From contig CAZSDQ010000002.1 in NCBI GenBank assembly GCA_964605725.1, positions 5,600 to 69,599 of the forward strand: 64,000 nt of DNA. The letters run 5' to 3'. Within the stretch, counting starts at the first letter, position 1. Each line of letters starts with the position of its first letter. The notes beneath the pieces are model-generated. The model saw only the letters and a program-made list of their open reading frames with translations, ran no database searches and had not been told where the DNA came from. Both the position numbers and the translations under genes were made by a program. This DNA comes from an uncultured Candidatus Saccharibacteria bacterium. GTDB taxonomy: Bacteria > Patescibacteriota > WWE3 > UBA101185 > UBA10185. This document shows positions 27,185-36,091 of this stretch, piece after piece.

Positions 27185-28710
27185 AAAAACACGATCGACT
27201 GGTTAGTAGAATATTGGAGATAATGCTGGGTATTTTAACCTGGAGCCTGCTTCTATCACCTGTATGGCTAGGGATATTATTTCCTCAAGCAGTTGTTTAC
27301 GTTTTGACATTGCTTACAGTTTATTGGAGTTATATGGCTTTCACCCATACCTTCGGTTTATTTATGGGGTATAAACAATATAGGGAGGAAATGGCTACAG
27401 ATTGGTACCTAAAATGTCAAAAGTTAGATTTTTCCAGTCTTCCAGAACCAGAAACACGTCCTAAATATTTATCTGATATCAGACATATGATTTTAATTCC
27501 CGTTGTAAATGAGCCCGAGGCTGTTTTAAGAGATTCTATATTTAGTATTTTTAATCAGACTCTTCCTACATCTCAAATTTGTATGGTTTTTACTGTAGAG
27601 CAAAAATATTCTGAAGAAGTTATAGAGCGAATTAAAAATATTATTGGTGATAAGGATAAAGATCTACATAGTTTAATGTTTTTTATCCATCCTGCAGGAA
27701 TACCGGGTGAAGCCATTGGCGACGGTGGTGCTAACCGTGCTTGGGGTTCTTCTCACGCGGTAGAGGAGTTGAAAAAAAGAGGTGATAATTTAAGGAATTT
27801 TATTTTTAGTAATATAGACTCGGATCACGTTTTAGATAAACAATATCTTTCGAGGCTGACATATCTTTATTTGACTACAGACAGGAGAGACAACCATTTT
27901 TATTCTTCTGCCGTTCCTTTATTTGATAACAATCTTTGGAGAGTTCCCCTTATGATGAGGTTAGAAGCTAATTCGGTTACTTTAGGCGTCATCTCAGACT
28001 GGGCAGTTTCAAAAGGAAAAATAAGAAAGTGTTTTTCAGCTTTTTCAGTTTCTTTGCAAACTCTAATAGATGCCAATTTTTTTGATGTGGCGTTAGGGGC
28101 AGACGATACTATATTTTATTGGAGAGCTTTTTTTGCACGAAACGGAGATTTTGACGGTGTGGGTCATTTTATACCTTACTCAGCTGATGCCGTTGAGGGT
28201 AAGAACTTTAGAGACTCTCACAGGAGCTTATACAAACAACTTTTAAGATGGGGTTGGGGAGCCGTTGACTTTCCTTTATCAATTAAAACATTTTTGAAAG
28301 ACCACAACATTGAGTTTGCAAAAAAATTCAGATGGGTGATAAGACACATAAAAGAGAGGGTTATTTTGACAAACATAGTTTTTCTAATCACTTTTGGTTT
28401 TGCCATTGTTACACTGGTGAACCCATATGTAAAACAATCAAATTTTGCCTACAGTCTCCCTAAAATTATGAGTTTCATACTAACATTAACAATGTCGTTT
28501 ATGATTCCCGGCGTATATTTCAGAAAAAAGTTTTCAGTTGCCCCTCCAAAAGAATGGAACCGATTTAGAAAATTTTTAACTTATTTTGAAGCACCGTTAA
28601 TTACTATTAATCTTTTGACTTATTCTTTCTTTCCGACACTTCATGCTCAAACCATGTTGATTTTCGGGAAGAGATTTAAGGATTTGTACCATACACAAAA
28701 GATTAGGTAG
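27166..28710 (+). CDS. processive family-2 glycosyltransferase (cellulose/chitin-synthase-like) membrane protein
   Basis: TM-flanked cytoplasmic domain with DxD-like NIDSDH, the motif GADDTIFYWRAF, and the signature QLLRWGWG (Q(Q/R)xRW). Confidence 0.6.
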   Translation: MLSKFVEKHDRLVSRILEIMLGILTWSLLLSPVWLGILFPQAVVYVLTLLTVYWSYMAFTHTFGLFMGYKQYREEMATDWYLKCQKLDFSSLPEPETRPKYLSDIRHMILIPVVNEPEAVLRDSIFSIFNQTLPTSQICMVFTVEQKYSEEVIERIKNIIGDKDKDLHSLMFFIHPAGIPGEAIGDGGANRAWGSSHAVEELKKRGDNLRNFIFSNIDSDHVLDKQYLSRLTYLYLTTDRRDNHFYSSAVPLFDNNLWRVPLMMRLEANSVTLGVISDWAVSKGKIRKCFSAFSVSLQTLIDANFFDVALGADDTIFYWRAFFARNGDFDGVGHFIPYSADAVEGKNFRDSHRSLYKQLLRWGWGAVDFPLSIKTFLKDHNIEFAKKFRWVIRHIKERVILTNIVFLITFGFAIVTLVNPYVKQSNFAYSLPKIMSFILTLTMSFMIPGVYFRKKFSVAPPKEWNRFRKFLTYFEAPLITINLLTYSFFPTLHAQTMLIFGKRFKDLYHTQKIR

Positions 28711-28712
28711 AT

Positions 28713-30221
28713 ATGAAATTAAATAAGAGGATTGAGAAAACAACTGAATATATTTTAGTGAAGCTTAAAGATAAAAATCTCTCAAATTTTCTTGTTAATA
28801 CCATCATAGATATTTTTCTATTTATATACATTCGTTCAAGGTTTCAGTATTTAAATAACGATATACCGTTGTGGTACACAAAGATTTGGGGCGATGCTCA
28901 ACTAGCTCCAAAATTTAACCTTTATCTAATACCTTTGGTGGCAATGGCAGTCAATGTTGTAGCTCTAATATTTACACTTCTTAATAGATACTACCTTAGA
29001 TATTTGGAGGATGTTCTTTGGTATTGCGTATTATTCTTTAACATTTTTATAGTGGGTTCTGTTTTAAGAATAATCAGAATATCCTCAATACCTTTTAGCT
29101 CTTTTATAAATCCACTATATGTAAAATTGCTCGTTCCTATGTCATTTTCATTAATTTTTATGCTTATAACGATGCCCTACTTTATAGATTTCGCAAAAAA
29201 GAAAAAGTTAATAACAAACCCGCAAGTGCATTCGCATCCCGGCATGATATTAAGAGCACCTTCTGCAAGGGGCGGGGGTCTCCTTTACTCAATAATTTTA
29301 ATGATTTCAGCAATCATATTTATAGGATTCAGTAAACAATTTTCAGGTTTATACATATCTCTAATAATGATTTCTGTTTTAAGTTTTGTAGATGATTATC
29401 AAAACACACATCCTAAATCTAGCTATAGATTTCTTGAAAACCCAGTTCTTAGGCTATTTCTGTTATTTTTAAGTGTAATCCCTGTCGTTTTTTCAGGAGT
29501 TATGATTCATACAGTAAGTAATCCTTTTGGTAGTTTTGTTAAATTAGATGTTATTGAAATAAATATTTTAAATAATTCCATTCCCCTCATATCTCTTCTA
29601 GTTACTTCTCTTTGGATAGTTTGGCTAATGAATGTTCTTTCTTGGTCAAACGGTGTTGACGGCCAGTTTCCAGGTATAGTAGGAATAGCGTCTCTCTTAG
29701 TTGCCTTGTTGGCACTGAGATTTGAGGAACTTACAGATTCTCATTATCAAATTGCTGTTTTTTCAGCAATTAGTGCAGGCGCAGCTTTTGGCTCGGTAAG
29801 ATACAATTGGCACCCCTCAAAAATTATGTGGGGCTTTGGAGCAATGTCAGCTGGTTTGGTGATAGCAAGTTTGGCAATATTGGCCCAGGCTAAAATTGCT
29901 GTATCCGTATTAATACTACTAATACCTTTTTTGGATGCGTTATTCACTGTTAGTAGGAGGATTCTTCATGGTAAAAACCCGTTCAAAGGAGATAGGGGAC
30001 ACTTACATCATTTACTGTTAGATAAGGGTTGGAGTGTTAGCAAGGTGGCAATTTTCTACTGGTTAGCAACTGCTTTATTTGGTCTAGTTGGTTTGTTTTC
30101 TCCTGAAAGAATAGTTTTAAAACTCACTTTTTTAATAATGGGCGTGGTTGCTTTCGGTCTCATAGTTTTAAATATCAGTTTAAACACAAGAAAGAAAGAG
30201 ACTCCTCCCACAGTCTTGTAA
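28713..30221 (+). CDS. polyprenyl-phosphate N-acetylhexosamine-1-phosphate transferase (MraY/WecA, GT4 family) with an N-terminal TM extension
   Basis: 10+ TM helices, VDDYQN (DD motif) and the C-terminal GDRGHLHHLLLDKGW histidine motif. Confidence 0.65.
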   Translation: MKLNKRIEKTTEYILVKLKDKNLSNFLVNTIIDIFLFIYIRSRFQYLNNDIPLWYTKIWGDAQLAPKFNLYLIPLVAMAVNVVALIFTLLNRYYLRYLEDVLWYCVLFFNIFIVGSVLRIIRISSIPFSSFINPLYVKLLVPMSFSLIFMLITMPYFIDFAKKKKLITNPQVHSHPGMILRAPSARGGGLLYSIILMISAIIFIGFSKQFSGLYISLIMISVLSFVDDYQNTHPKSSYRFLENPVLRLFLLFLSVIPVVFSGVMIHTVSNPFGSFVKLDVIEINILNNSIPLISLLVTSLWIVWLMNVLSWSNGVDGQFPGIVGIASLLVALLALRFEELTDSHYQIAVFSAISAGAAFGSVRYNWHPSKIMWGFGAMSAGLVIASLAILAQAKIAVSVLILLIPFLDALFTVSRRILHGKNPFKGDRGHLHHLLLDKGWSVSKVAIFYWLATALFGLVGLFSPERIVLKLTFLIMGVVAFGLIVLNISLNTRKKETPPTVL

Positions 30222-30265
30222 TAGTTAGTTACTCATACGTCTTCTAAATATTTAATTTTCATTTA

Positions 30266-30979
30266 ATGTTCGTTGGAAAGAATATTGAAAGTGTGCCAAA
30301 ACAAAAAATGAGGATACTTTTGGTTTCAAGTGACAATAAATTAATTGAAAAATTAAACCTCAATTTGAGGGGTTGTTACATTGTCGATACAGCTCGAGGG
30401 GCTTCGCAAGCTGTCAGTCTGTCTGAAACTAATTATTACGATTCTATTGTTGTTGATACTTATTTAGATGATATAGAAGGCTTGGAGTTATGTAAAATGA
30501 TAAGAGATTACGATGTTGATTCTCCTACCGCGTATTTATCAAATAAAGAAGATCGTTCCGATAGAGTTATGTGCTTAGATGCAGGTATTGATGTGATAAT
30601 ACCAAGATACGCAGGTGTGGAGGAAATACTTGGACAGATTCACGCACTAGCGAGGAGAAACGGCAATCACAAAAATGGTAGAAATGTTTTGAAGATCAGG
30701 AACATCTCACTCGATATGAAAAATAGAATTTTTTATATAGATGGAAGGTGCCTTCATTTGAGAAGGAAGGAGTTTGATCTTATGGAGTACCTTATGATAA
30801 ATAAAGGAAGAGCTGTTTCAAAAGAAGAATTACTGGAGCATGTTTGGGAGAAAGGATTGGATGTTATGAGCAATACTGTTGAGGTACATATTAGAAGTCT
30901 TCGGAAAAATTTTGAATCTATGTTAGGTGAAAAAATAATTAGAACTAACAGAGGCTTCGGATATGAAATTGAGACTTGA
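30266..30979 (+). CDS. OmpR-family winged-helix response regulator with an atypical receiver domain
   Basis: C-terminal Trans_reg_C motifs (LHLRRKEFDLMEYLMINKGRAVSKEELLEHVW, NTVEVHIRSLRKNF). The receiver retains Asp (VVDTYLDD), but the N-terminal acidic pair is SSD and the conserved Lys position reads IIPRY. Confidence 0.65.
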   Translation: MFVGKNIESVPKQKMRILLVSSDNKLIEKLNLNLRGCYIVDTARGASQAVSLSETNYYDSIVVDTYLDDIEGLELCKMIRDYDVDSPTAYLSNKEDRSDRVMCLDAGIDVIIPRYAGVEEILGQIHALARRNGNHKNGRNVLKIRNISLDMKNRIFYIDGRCLHLRRKEFDLMEYLMINKGRAVSKEELLEHVWEKGLDVMSNTVEVHIRSLRKNFESMLGEKIIRTNRGFGYEIET

Positions 30980-31959
30980 GAAAAAGTTATAAAACCCCTA
31001 TTATCAACATAATGATGAGAAAAATTTACCACATATTAAGAACAGCCCGACCAAGGCAGTGGCTAAAGAATGCCAGCGTTTTTGCAGCTCCATTCTTCGC
31101 TGGAACATTGTTGGATGGTGAGGTTTTTTCATGGTCTTTGAAAGCTTTTGTGGCATTTTGCGCAATATCTTCCGGGGCGTATTTTCTTAACGATTTAGTT
31201 GATGCTCCAAGGGACAGACTACACCCTGTAAAGAAAAACAGAGCCATAGCTTCGGGAGAAATATCTCCTTTATTAGCGATAATTATTTCTTTAGCTTTAA
31301 TTTCTTTCTCAATAATATATTCCATCATTTACCTGGATGATTATTTCGTAGCTATGCTTTTTATCTATATAGCTATGCAATTTGCTTACTCTTTTTATCT
31401 TAGAAATGTAATCATCCTTGACTCTTTAATTGTAGCTTCCGGATTCATAATTAGGGTGTTTTCGGGAGGTTTTGTTTCCAGAACCTCAATTTCATCTTGG
31501 TTAATACTTACAACCATAGGCATATCTATGTTGTTAGCCTTTGGAAAAAGGAGATCTGAAAAAACCATTTTAGCAAAATATTCTGTGGCAAACGATGATA
31601 TAAAAACCAGAGAAACCTTGAGACGTTATCCTGATACCTTGCTTGATAGTATGATATCAATGTCCGCATCTTATACTATACTTACATATTCACTTTTTAC
31701 TTTTATGGTTTCTCCGGGTGAGGTAGGGGATAGAATATCCAGTTTTCTACCCACAGTGTTAAAGAGCCCGAAATTGATGATGCTTACAATTCCTTTGGTT
31801 ATTTACGGAATAGCAAGGTATCTTTATGTAATTTATGAAAAAGAGGAGGGAGAATCTCCTGAGAGAGTTTTATTATCGGACAAGCCCTTACTACTTACAG
31901 TATTAATCTGGGGTTTGGTAGCATCAGTGATAATATTTTACTTGCCGATTCTTAGTTAG
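30976..31959 (+). CDS. UbiA-family prenyltransferase (decaprenyl-phosphate phosphoribosyltransferase-like)
   Basis: ARPRQWLKNASVFAAPFFAG at the N-terminus, the Asp-rich motif YFLNDLVDAPRDRLHPVKKNRAIASG, and 8-9 TM helices. Confidence 0.65.
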   Translation: MRKSYKTPIINIMMRKIYHILRTARPRQWLKNASVFAAPFFAGTLLDGEVFSWSLKAFVAFCAISSGAYFLNDLVDAPRDRLHPVKKNRAIASGEISPLLAIIISLALISFSIIYSIIYLDDYFVAMLFIYIAMQFAYSFYLRNVIILDSLIVASGFIIRVFSGGFVSRTSISSWLILTTIGISMLLAFGKRRSEKTILAKYSVANDDIKTRETLRRYPDTLLDSMISMSASYTILTYSLFTFMVSPGEVGDRISSFLPTVLKSPKLMMLTIPLVIYGIARYLYVIYEKEEGESPERVLLSDKPLLLTVLIWGLVASVIIFYLPILS

Positions 31960-32312
31960 TTTTTTTCTGATACATTAGAATTTTCTTCTACTGTTTCTTC
32001 TTTATTCTCTGTAGTTTGTTCATTTAATTTTTCAATTTCATCTGTCCTATTAATATCCCCAAAAAATTTATCTTGTTGTTCTTGATAATATTCTCTTTCC
32101 ATTTTTAATATCATTTCTTTAACATCTAAAGGAACTTCAGGGTTATCAATTGATTTTATTGAGGATTCTTCATAAATTGAATCTTGTGCGGAAAGAACAT
32201 TTGAATTTTCCTCAAAGCTCATTAATCCCATAAACCCAGCTGGAAGTACAAGCATTCCTAAAAACATTGTTAATAAAACCGTATTAAAACCAATTTTAAA
32301 TACTGTTTTCAT
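31956..32312 (-). CDS. hypothetical secreted acidic protein
   Basis: Signal-peptide-like N-terminus and an acidic, low-complexity C-terminal region. Confidence 0.35.
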   Translation of the reverse strand: MKTVFKIGFNTVLLTMFLGMLVLPAGFMGLMSFEENSNVLSAQDSIYEESSIKSIDNPEVPLDVKEMILKMEREYYQEQQDKFFGDINRTDEIEKLNEQTTENKEETVEENSNVSEKN

Positions 32313-32881
32313 TAAAGATCTCCCGGTAATTCAATTAAACTTTTATCTGTATCATATTCAACATCTTTATCCTTTTTTATCTTCATTTCCTCTTCTACGT
32401 CAAATACAAACAATAATGTTGTTAATAGAGTAACACCAGTAATTATGTAGAACACCCATTTATACATAAGATTGGACATGGCCATTATCCCTGAAACTAA
32501 AAGAAGCATATATGAGTAGGACACCCAGACCGCTCCCTGAGTATATATTTCATATGAATTTTGAATTAACGATTCCGCTTTAATTGAGAATAGCTTGGCT
32601 GTTATGGTTGGTTTTATGTGAGAATCGTGGAAGAACAATGATTTTATTAATACATAAAATAATCCTATAACCAACATAGTGGTCATAAATAATACCGAAT
32701 AGGAGTTTACCTTTATGTAATCATAGGAATTTTGGACAATAAGTCCGCGATCGGTTATTTTAAAAGCTACTCCTAAATATTTGGACACAAGTACTATTGA
32801 AATCAGTCTGGATGCTATAAGCAACACTGCTGGAATTATGGCTTTATCTATTAATCTTGCTAGTATTTTGGACAGGGTCAT
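32312..32881 (-). CDS. hypothetical integral membrane protein
   Basis: ORF with 4-5 TM helices; translationally coupled to the downstream ORF. Confidence 0.4.
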   Translation of the reverse strand: MTLSKILARLIDKAIIPAVLLIASRLISIVLVSKYLGVAFKITDRGLIVQNSYDYIKVNSYSVLFMTTMLVIGLFYVLIKSLFFHDSHIKPTITAKLFSIKAESLIQNSYEIYTQGAVWVSYSYMLLLVSGIMAMSNLMYKWVFYIITGVTLLTTLLFVFDVEEEMKIKKDKDVEYDTDKSLIELPGDL

Positions 32882-32946
32882 TTTAATTTACCCTAAACAT
32901 GATTTTTCAAGCAAACATTGATCAGGGCTGATATTATATTACTACT

Positions 32947-34848
32947 ATGAGAACAATACAGTCAATCGAGGATATTCTAAAAAAGCCATATTTTTTGCTT
33001 TTTTCAATTTTATTGTTTTTTACACCCTTAGTTTTTAGTCAGAATACCAACGAGCTGTTTGAGTTTCCAAAAATGTTCTTTGTTTTTGTTATAGGGCTTT
33101 TCATAATTCTCTTTTTTGCGATAGACACAATAGTAAAATCCAAAAAAATTATCAGTCCCGGTGTTTTGGTTGTTTTATTTTTGTTATTTACTTCCATCTC
33201 AACATTTTTTTCTACTCACAAATACACATCTTTGGTTGGGTATTACTCAAGATTTAACGATTCTTTATTTTCATATTTTATATACTTTTTTCTTTATCTT
33301 ATATGTATAAACAGAATTACCAAAGAAGATTACGAAAAGTTAATAAGATTGATTTTGATATCAATAATTCCAGTTAGTCTCTACGGAATTGCCCAAAGCA
33401 TCAGTGGTGTAACCAGAGTCTACTCCACCTTCGGTCAACCTAATTGGTTATCGCAGTATTTAGGAATGCTACTCCCAATGACTGCTTACTATTTTTTTAC
33501 TGAAAAGGGCGAAAGATTTAAATTGTGGGGATTGATGTATATTTTTGGCTTCTATTGTTTATGGGTAACCTTTTCAGTTTCAGGTTTATTAGGTTTCTTT
33601 GCTGGTGTATTCTATCTGATTGTAAAATATTTTAGAAAAATTTTTGAAAATAAAGTATATAAAACGAAGTTGATTTTTCTCATTTCGATAACAGCCTTGA
33701 TAGCGTTGCTTAATATCGGGTTATATAAAGAAAAATTTTATGATTTTTATTTAGATGTTCAAAAGCAATTTGTTTTAATAAAAAAGGCCTGTGCTTCAGA
33801 AAATATTAATAAGTTATCTGACCCGGGGTTTATTAGATTAGAGTTATGGAAAAGTACATTCGATTTAATAACTTCTTCTCCAAAGGTTTTTCTATTTGGT
33901 ACGGGTCCGGAGACATTTCCTTATGTATTTCAAAATTATCGTAACGGGAAACTAAATTATTCTTCGGAATGGGATTTTGTTTTTAATAAACCCCACAATT
34001 ATTATTTAGAGATTTGGTCTGAATCCGGAATTTTAACCTTGGTAATTTTTATTGCCTTAATTTACACATGTGTTAAAAAATTACCTAATCACATGGCTTC
34101 GGCAATTGTAGTTTTTTCTGTAACAAATATTTTTGGGTGGCCGGTTGTTCCTACAAGTTTACTGTTTTGGTTATTTCTTAGCGGATTAGAAATTAATGAT
34201 GTTAAATTAAAACCTTTTGAAACTGAGACAGCTAACAAATTAAAACTCAATAAAGTACGGTTACTTTATAAGACTTTATTAATAACACTGATCGTTGGTG
34301 TTTATTTATATTTAAATTTTTATATTTTCAAATTTTATAATGCCGATATTTATTATAAAAAAGGACAGGAATATATTAAAAAAGGTGAAGAGAAAAAAGC
34401 TTTATATTTTGCAGACAAGGCAGTGATAGCTAACCCACTTGAGCCAAATTATTATCGTGGGAGAGCGAAAGTGAATACAGTTTTACTAGTCTCATCACAG
34501 GATAAACAAAAAATAAAACAGAAAATATTTGAAGATCTTACAAAATCATTTGAACTAAATAAAAATAATTTAGTCACCATTAGAAATTCCATTCCAATAT
34601 ACTATTTTCTGGCTGTGGGAGATATTTATAAAGCTCCCAGCAATAATAATTACGACGAAAGATATATAGGTTATGTTAAAGAGTTTTATAATGAAACAAA
34701 AAATAACTATCCAAATGATGCGGGAGTGATATTAGGTGTAGCAAAGTATGAAAAAAAACTAGGTTTGGAGGAGTCATACCAAAATAGTGTAGAAAGAATA
34801 AAATTTCTTAGACCAGACTTATTAGATTGGAACGAGCTATTCAGATAA
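32947..34848 (+). CDS. O-antigen ligase-like (Wzy_C) membrane protein with C-terminal TPR repeats
   Basis: Multiple TM helices and the Wzy_C signature PHNYYLEIWSESGILTLVIF. The C-terminal ~200 aa are TPR-like (YYKKGQEYIKKGEEKKALYFADKAV..., YYRGRAKVN). Confidence 0.65.
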   Translation: MRTIQSIEDILKKPYFLLFSILLFFTPLVFSQNTNELFEFPKMFFVFVIGLFIILFFAIDTIVKSKKIISPGVLVVLFLLFTSISTFFSTHKYTSLVGYYSRFNDSLFSYFIYFFLYLICINRITKEDYEKLIRLILISIIPVSLYGIAQSISGVTRVYSTFGQPNWLSQYLGMLLPMTAYYFFTEKGERFKLWGLMYIFGFYCLWVTFSVSGLLGFFAGVFYLIVKYFRKIFENKVYKTKLIFLISITALIALLNIGLYKEKFYDFYLDVQKQFVLIKKACASENINKLSDPGFIRLELWKSTFDLITSSPKVFLFGTGPETFPYVFQNYRNGKLNYSSEWDFVFNKPHNYYLEIWSESGILTLVIFIALIYTCVKKLPNHMASAIVVFSVTNIFGWPVVPTSLLFWLFLSGLEINDVKLKPFETETANKLKLNKVRLLYKTLLITLIVGVYLYLNFYIFKFYNADIYYKKGQEYIKKGEEKKALYFADKAVIANPLEPNYYRGRAKVNTVLLVSSQDKQKIKQKIFEDLTKSFELNKNNLVTIRNSIPIYYFLAVGDIYKAPSNNNYDERYIGYVKEFYNETKNNYPNDAGVILGVAKYEKKLGLEESYQNSVERIKFLRPDLLDWNELFR

Positions 34849-36024
34849 TTCGATATAAGCGTCGGAGACCCAACCTTCAACTGTTTCGGAAACTTTTATC
34901 TTAATCCAACCTGTTTCTTTATCCAGAACATCATAACTTTCTCCGGTATTCACCTTTGTTATTTCAGCTCCGTTGAGGCTCGGTGTTTCTCTTACTCTTA
35001 ACCAACCTAATGGGGTAGGTTTAACCTTGGCAATTTCCTTTTTTACAGTTTCAACTCCAACTGACGATAAACTTTCCAAAGCGCTCTTCGCCTCTTGCGA
35101 AATTCTCCCGCCCGAGCTTTTTAACCCTAAATACGCACCTCTTTTTAGATCCTTAAGTTTTGCAAAATCCTCTTGTTTTGTAATCGGGTTGCCGTTTGCA
35201 TCAAATAATCCGCCTTTATAATCAATAAAATAATCAAATAACTTATCTTTATTAATTCCTACATTGTCTATGTTTATACCCCTTGTAGTATTCCAGTAAA
35301 CTACCCCTTTTGCCCACGAAACGGTATCAGAAGTAATGTCCGGATTATCAGAGGATATGTTGTAAAGATTTGGAGAGTCTTTAAACATTTCTACTATTGG
35401 GTCGACGGGGAAGGGGAAAAGTTTAACCGAAACGTTTAAGGTATAACCTTTCTGTATATTTATGTTTGTTTCATTTGATTCATACCCGGCAAGCGCGACT
35501 TTTAAGTTATAGTCACCGCTTGTTATAGCTGCGGAAGAAAAAGGAGTAGTTCCTATCTTTGACCCATCAACATAGACATCAGCTCCGGAAGGTTCAGAAA
35601 CAATTCTAAGGGTATTATCAGAACCGTCTTTATCAAACCAAAGTTCTCTTCCTGATGAGAATAAATCTGATATTCCCAAATCTCTTTCTATTCCCACAGT
35701 ATATATGGTGTCTTTTTTGGAAGGTAAAAATTTTATTTCAGTCTGATATTGTCTTGTGTCGCTTCTAATTGCTATTACATTTGTTCCGGGCTTTATGTCC
35801 TTAGATTCAAAAGGAGTGTTTCCTACAACCTCGTTATTTATAAGTACTTGGGCCTCACCGCTTGCTACTCTTACTTCTAACGCAGATCTATTTCCTATTC
35901 CGGTAAGATTTCTAATTAATTCACCACCAAAAAATACTACTAAAGCCACACCTACAATTCCTAAAAAATACAGTAGGGCGGTTGAAAGTGGTTTCTCGTC
36001 ATTGCTTATTGTAGATACTGCCAT
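34837..36024 (-). CDS. membrane-anchored protein with PEGA-like beta domains and a C-terminal bacterial SH3 domain
   Basis: N-terminal TM helix and two PEGA-like segments (VYVDGSKIGTTPF, VLINNEVVGNTPF). C-terminal SH3b-like segment LRVRETPSLNGAEITKVNTGESYDVL..GWIKIKV. Confidence 0.5.
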   Translation of the reverse strand: MAVSTISNDEKPLSTALLYFLGIVGVALVVFFGGELIRNLTGIGNRSALEVRVASGEAQVLINNEVVGNTPFESKDIKPGTNVIAIRSDTRQYQTEIKFLPSKKDTIYTVGIERDLGISDLFSSGRELWFDKDGSDNTLRIVSEPSGADVYVDGSKIGTTPFSSAAITSGDYNLKVALAGYESNETNINIQKGYTLNVSVKLFPFPVDPIVEMFKDSPNLYNISSDNPDITSDTVSWAKGVVYWNTTRGINIDNVGINKDKLFDYFIDYKGGLFDANGNPITKQEDFAKLKDLKRGAYLGLKSSGGRISQEAKSALESLSSVGVETVKKEIAKVKPTPLGWLRVRETPSLNGAEITKVNTGESYDVLDKETGWIKIKVSETVEGWVSDAYIELSE

Positions 36025-36091
36025 ATGTACCTAAATTATCACGATGGTGGTAAAATATCAACATCGAGATTTCCTTTTAAAAGGCTTAAAA

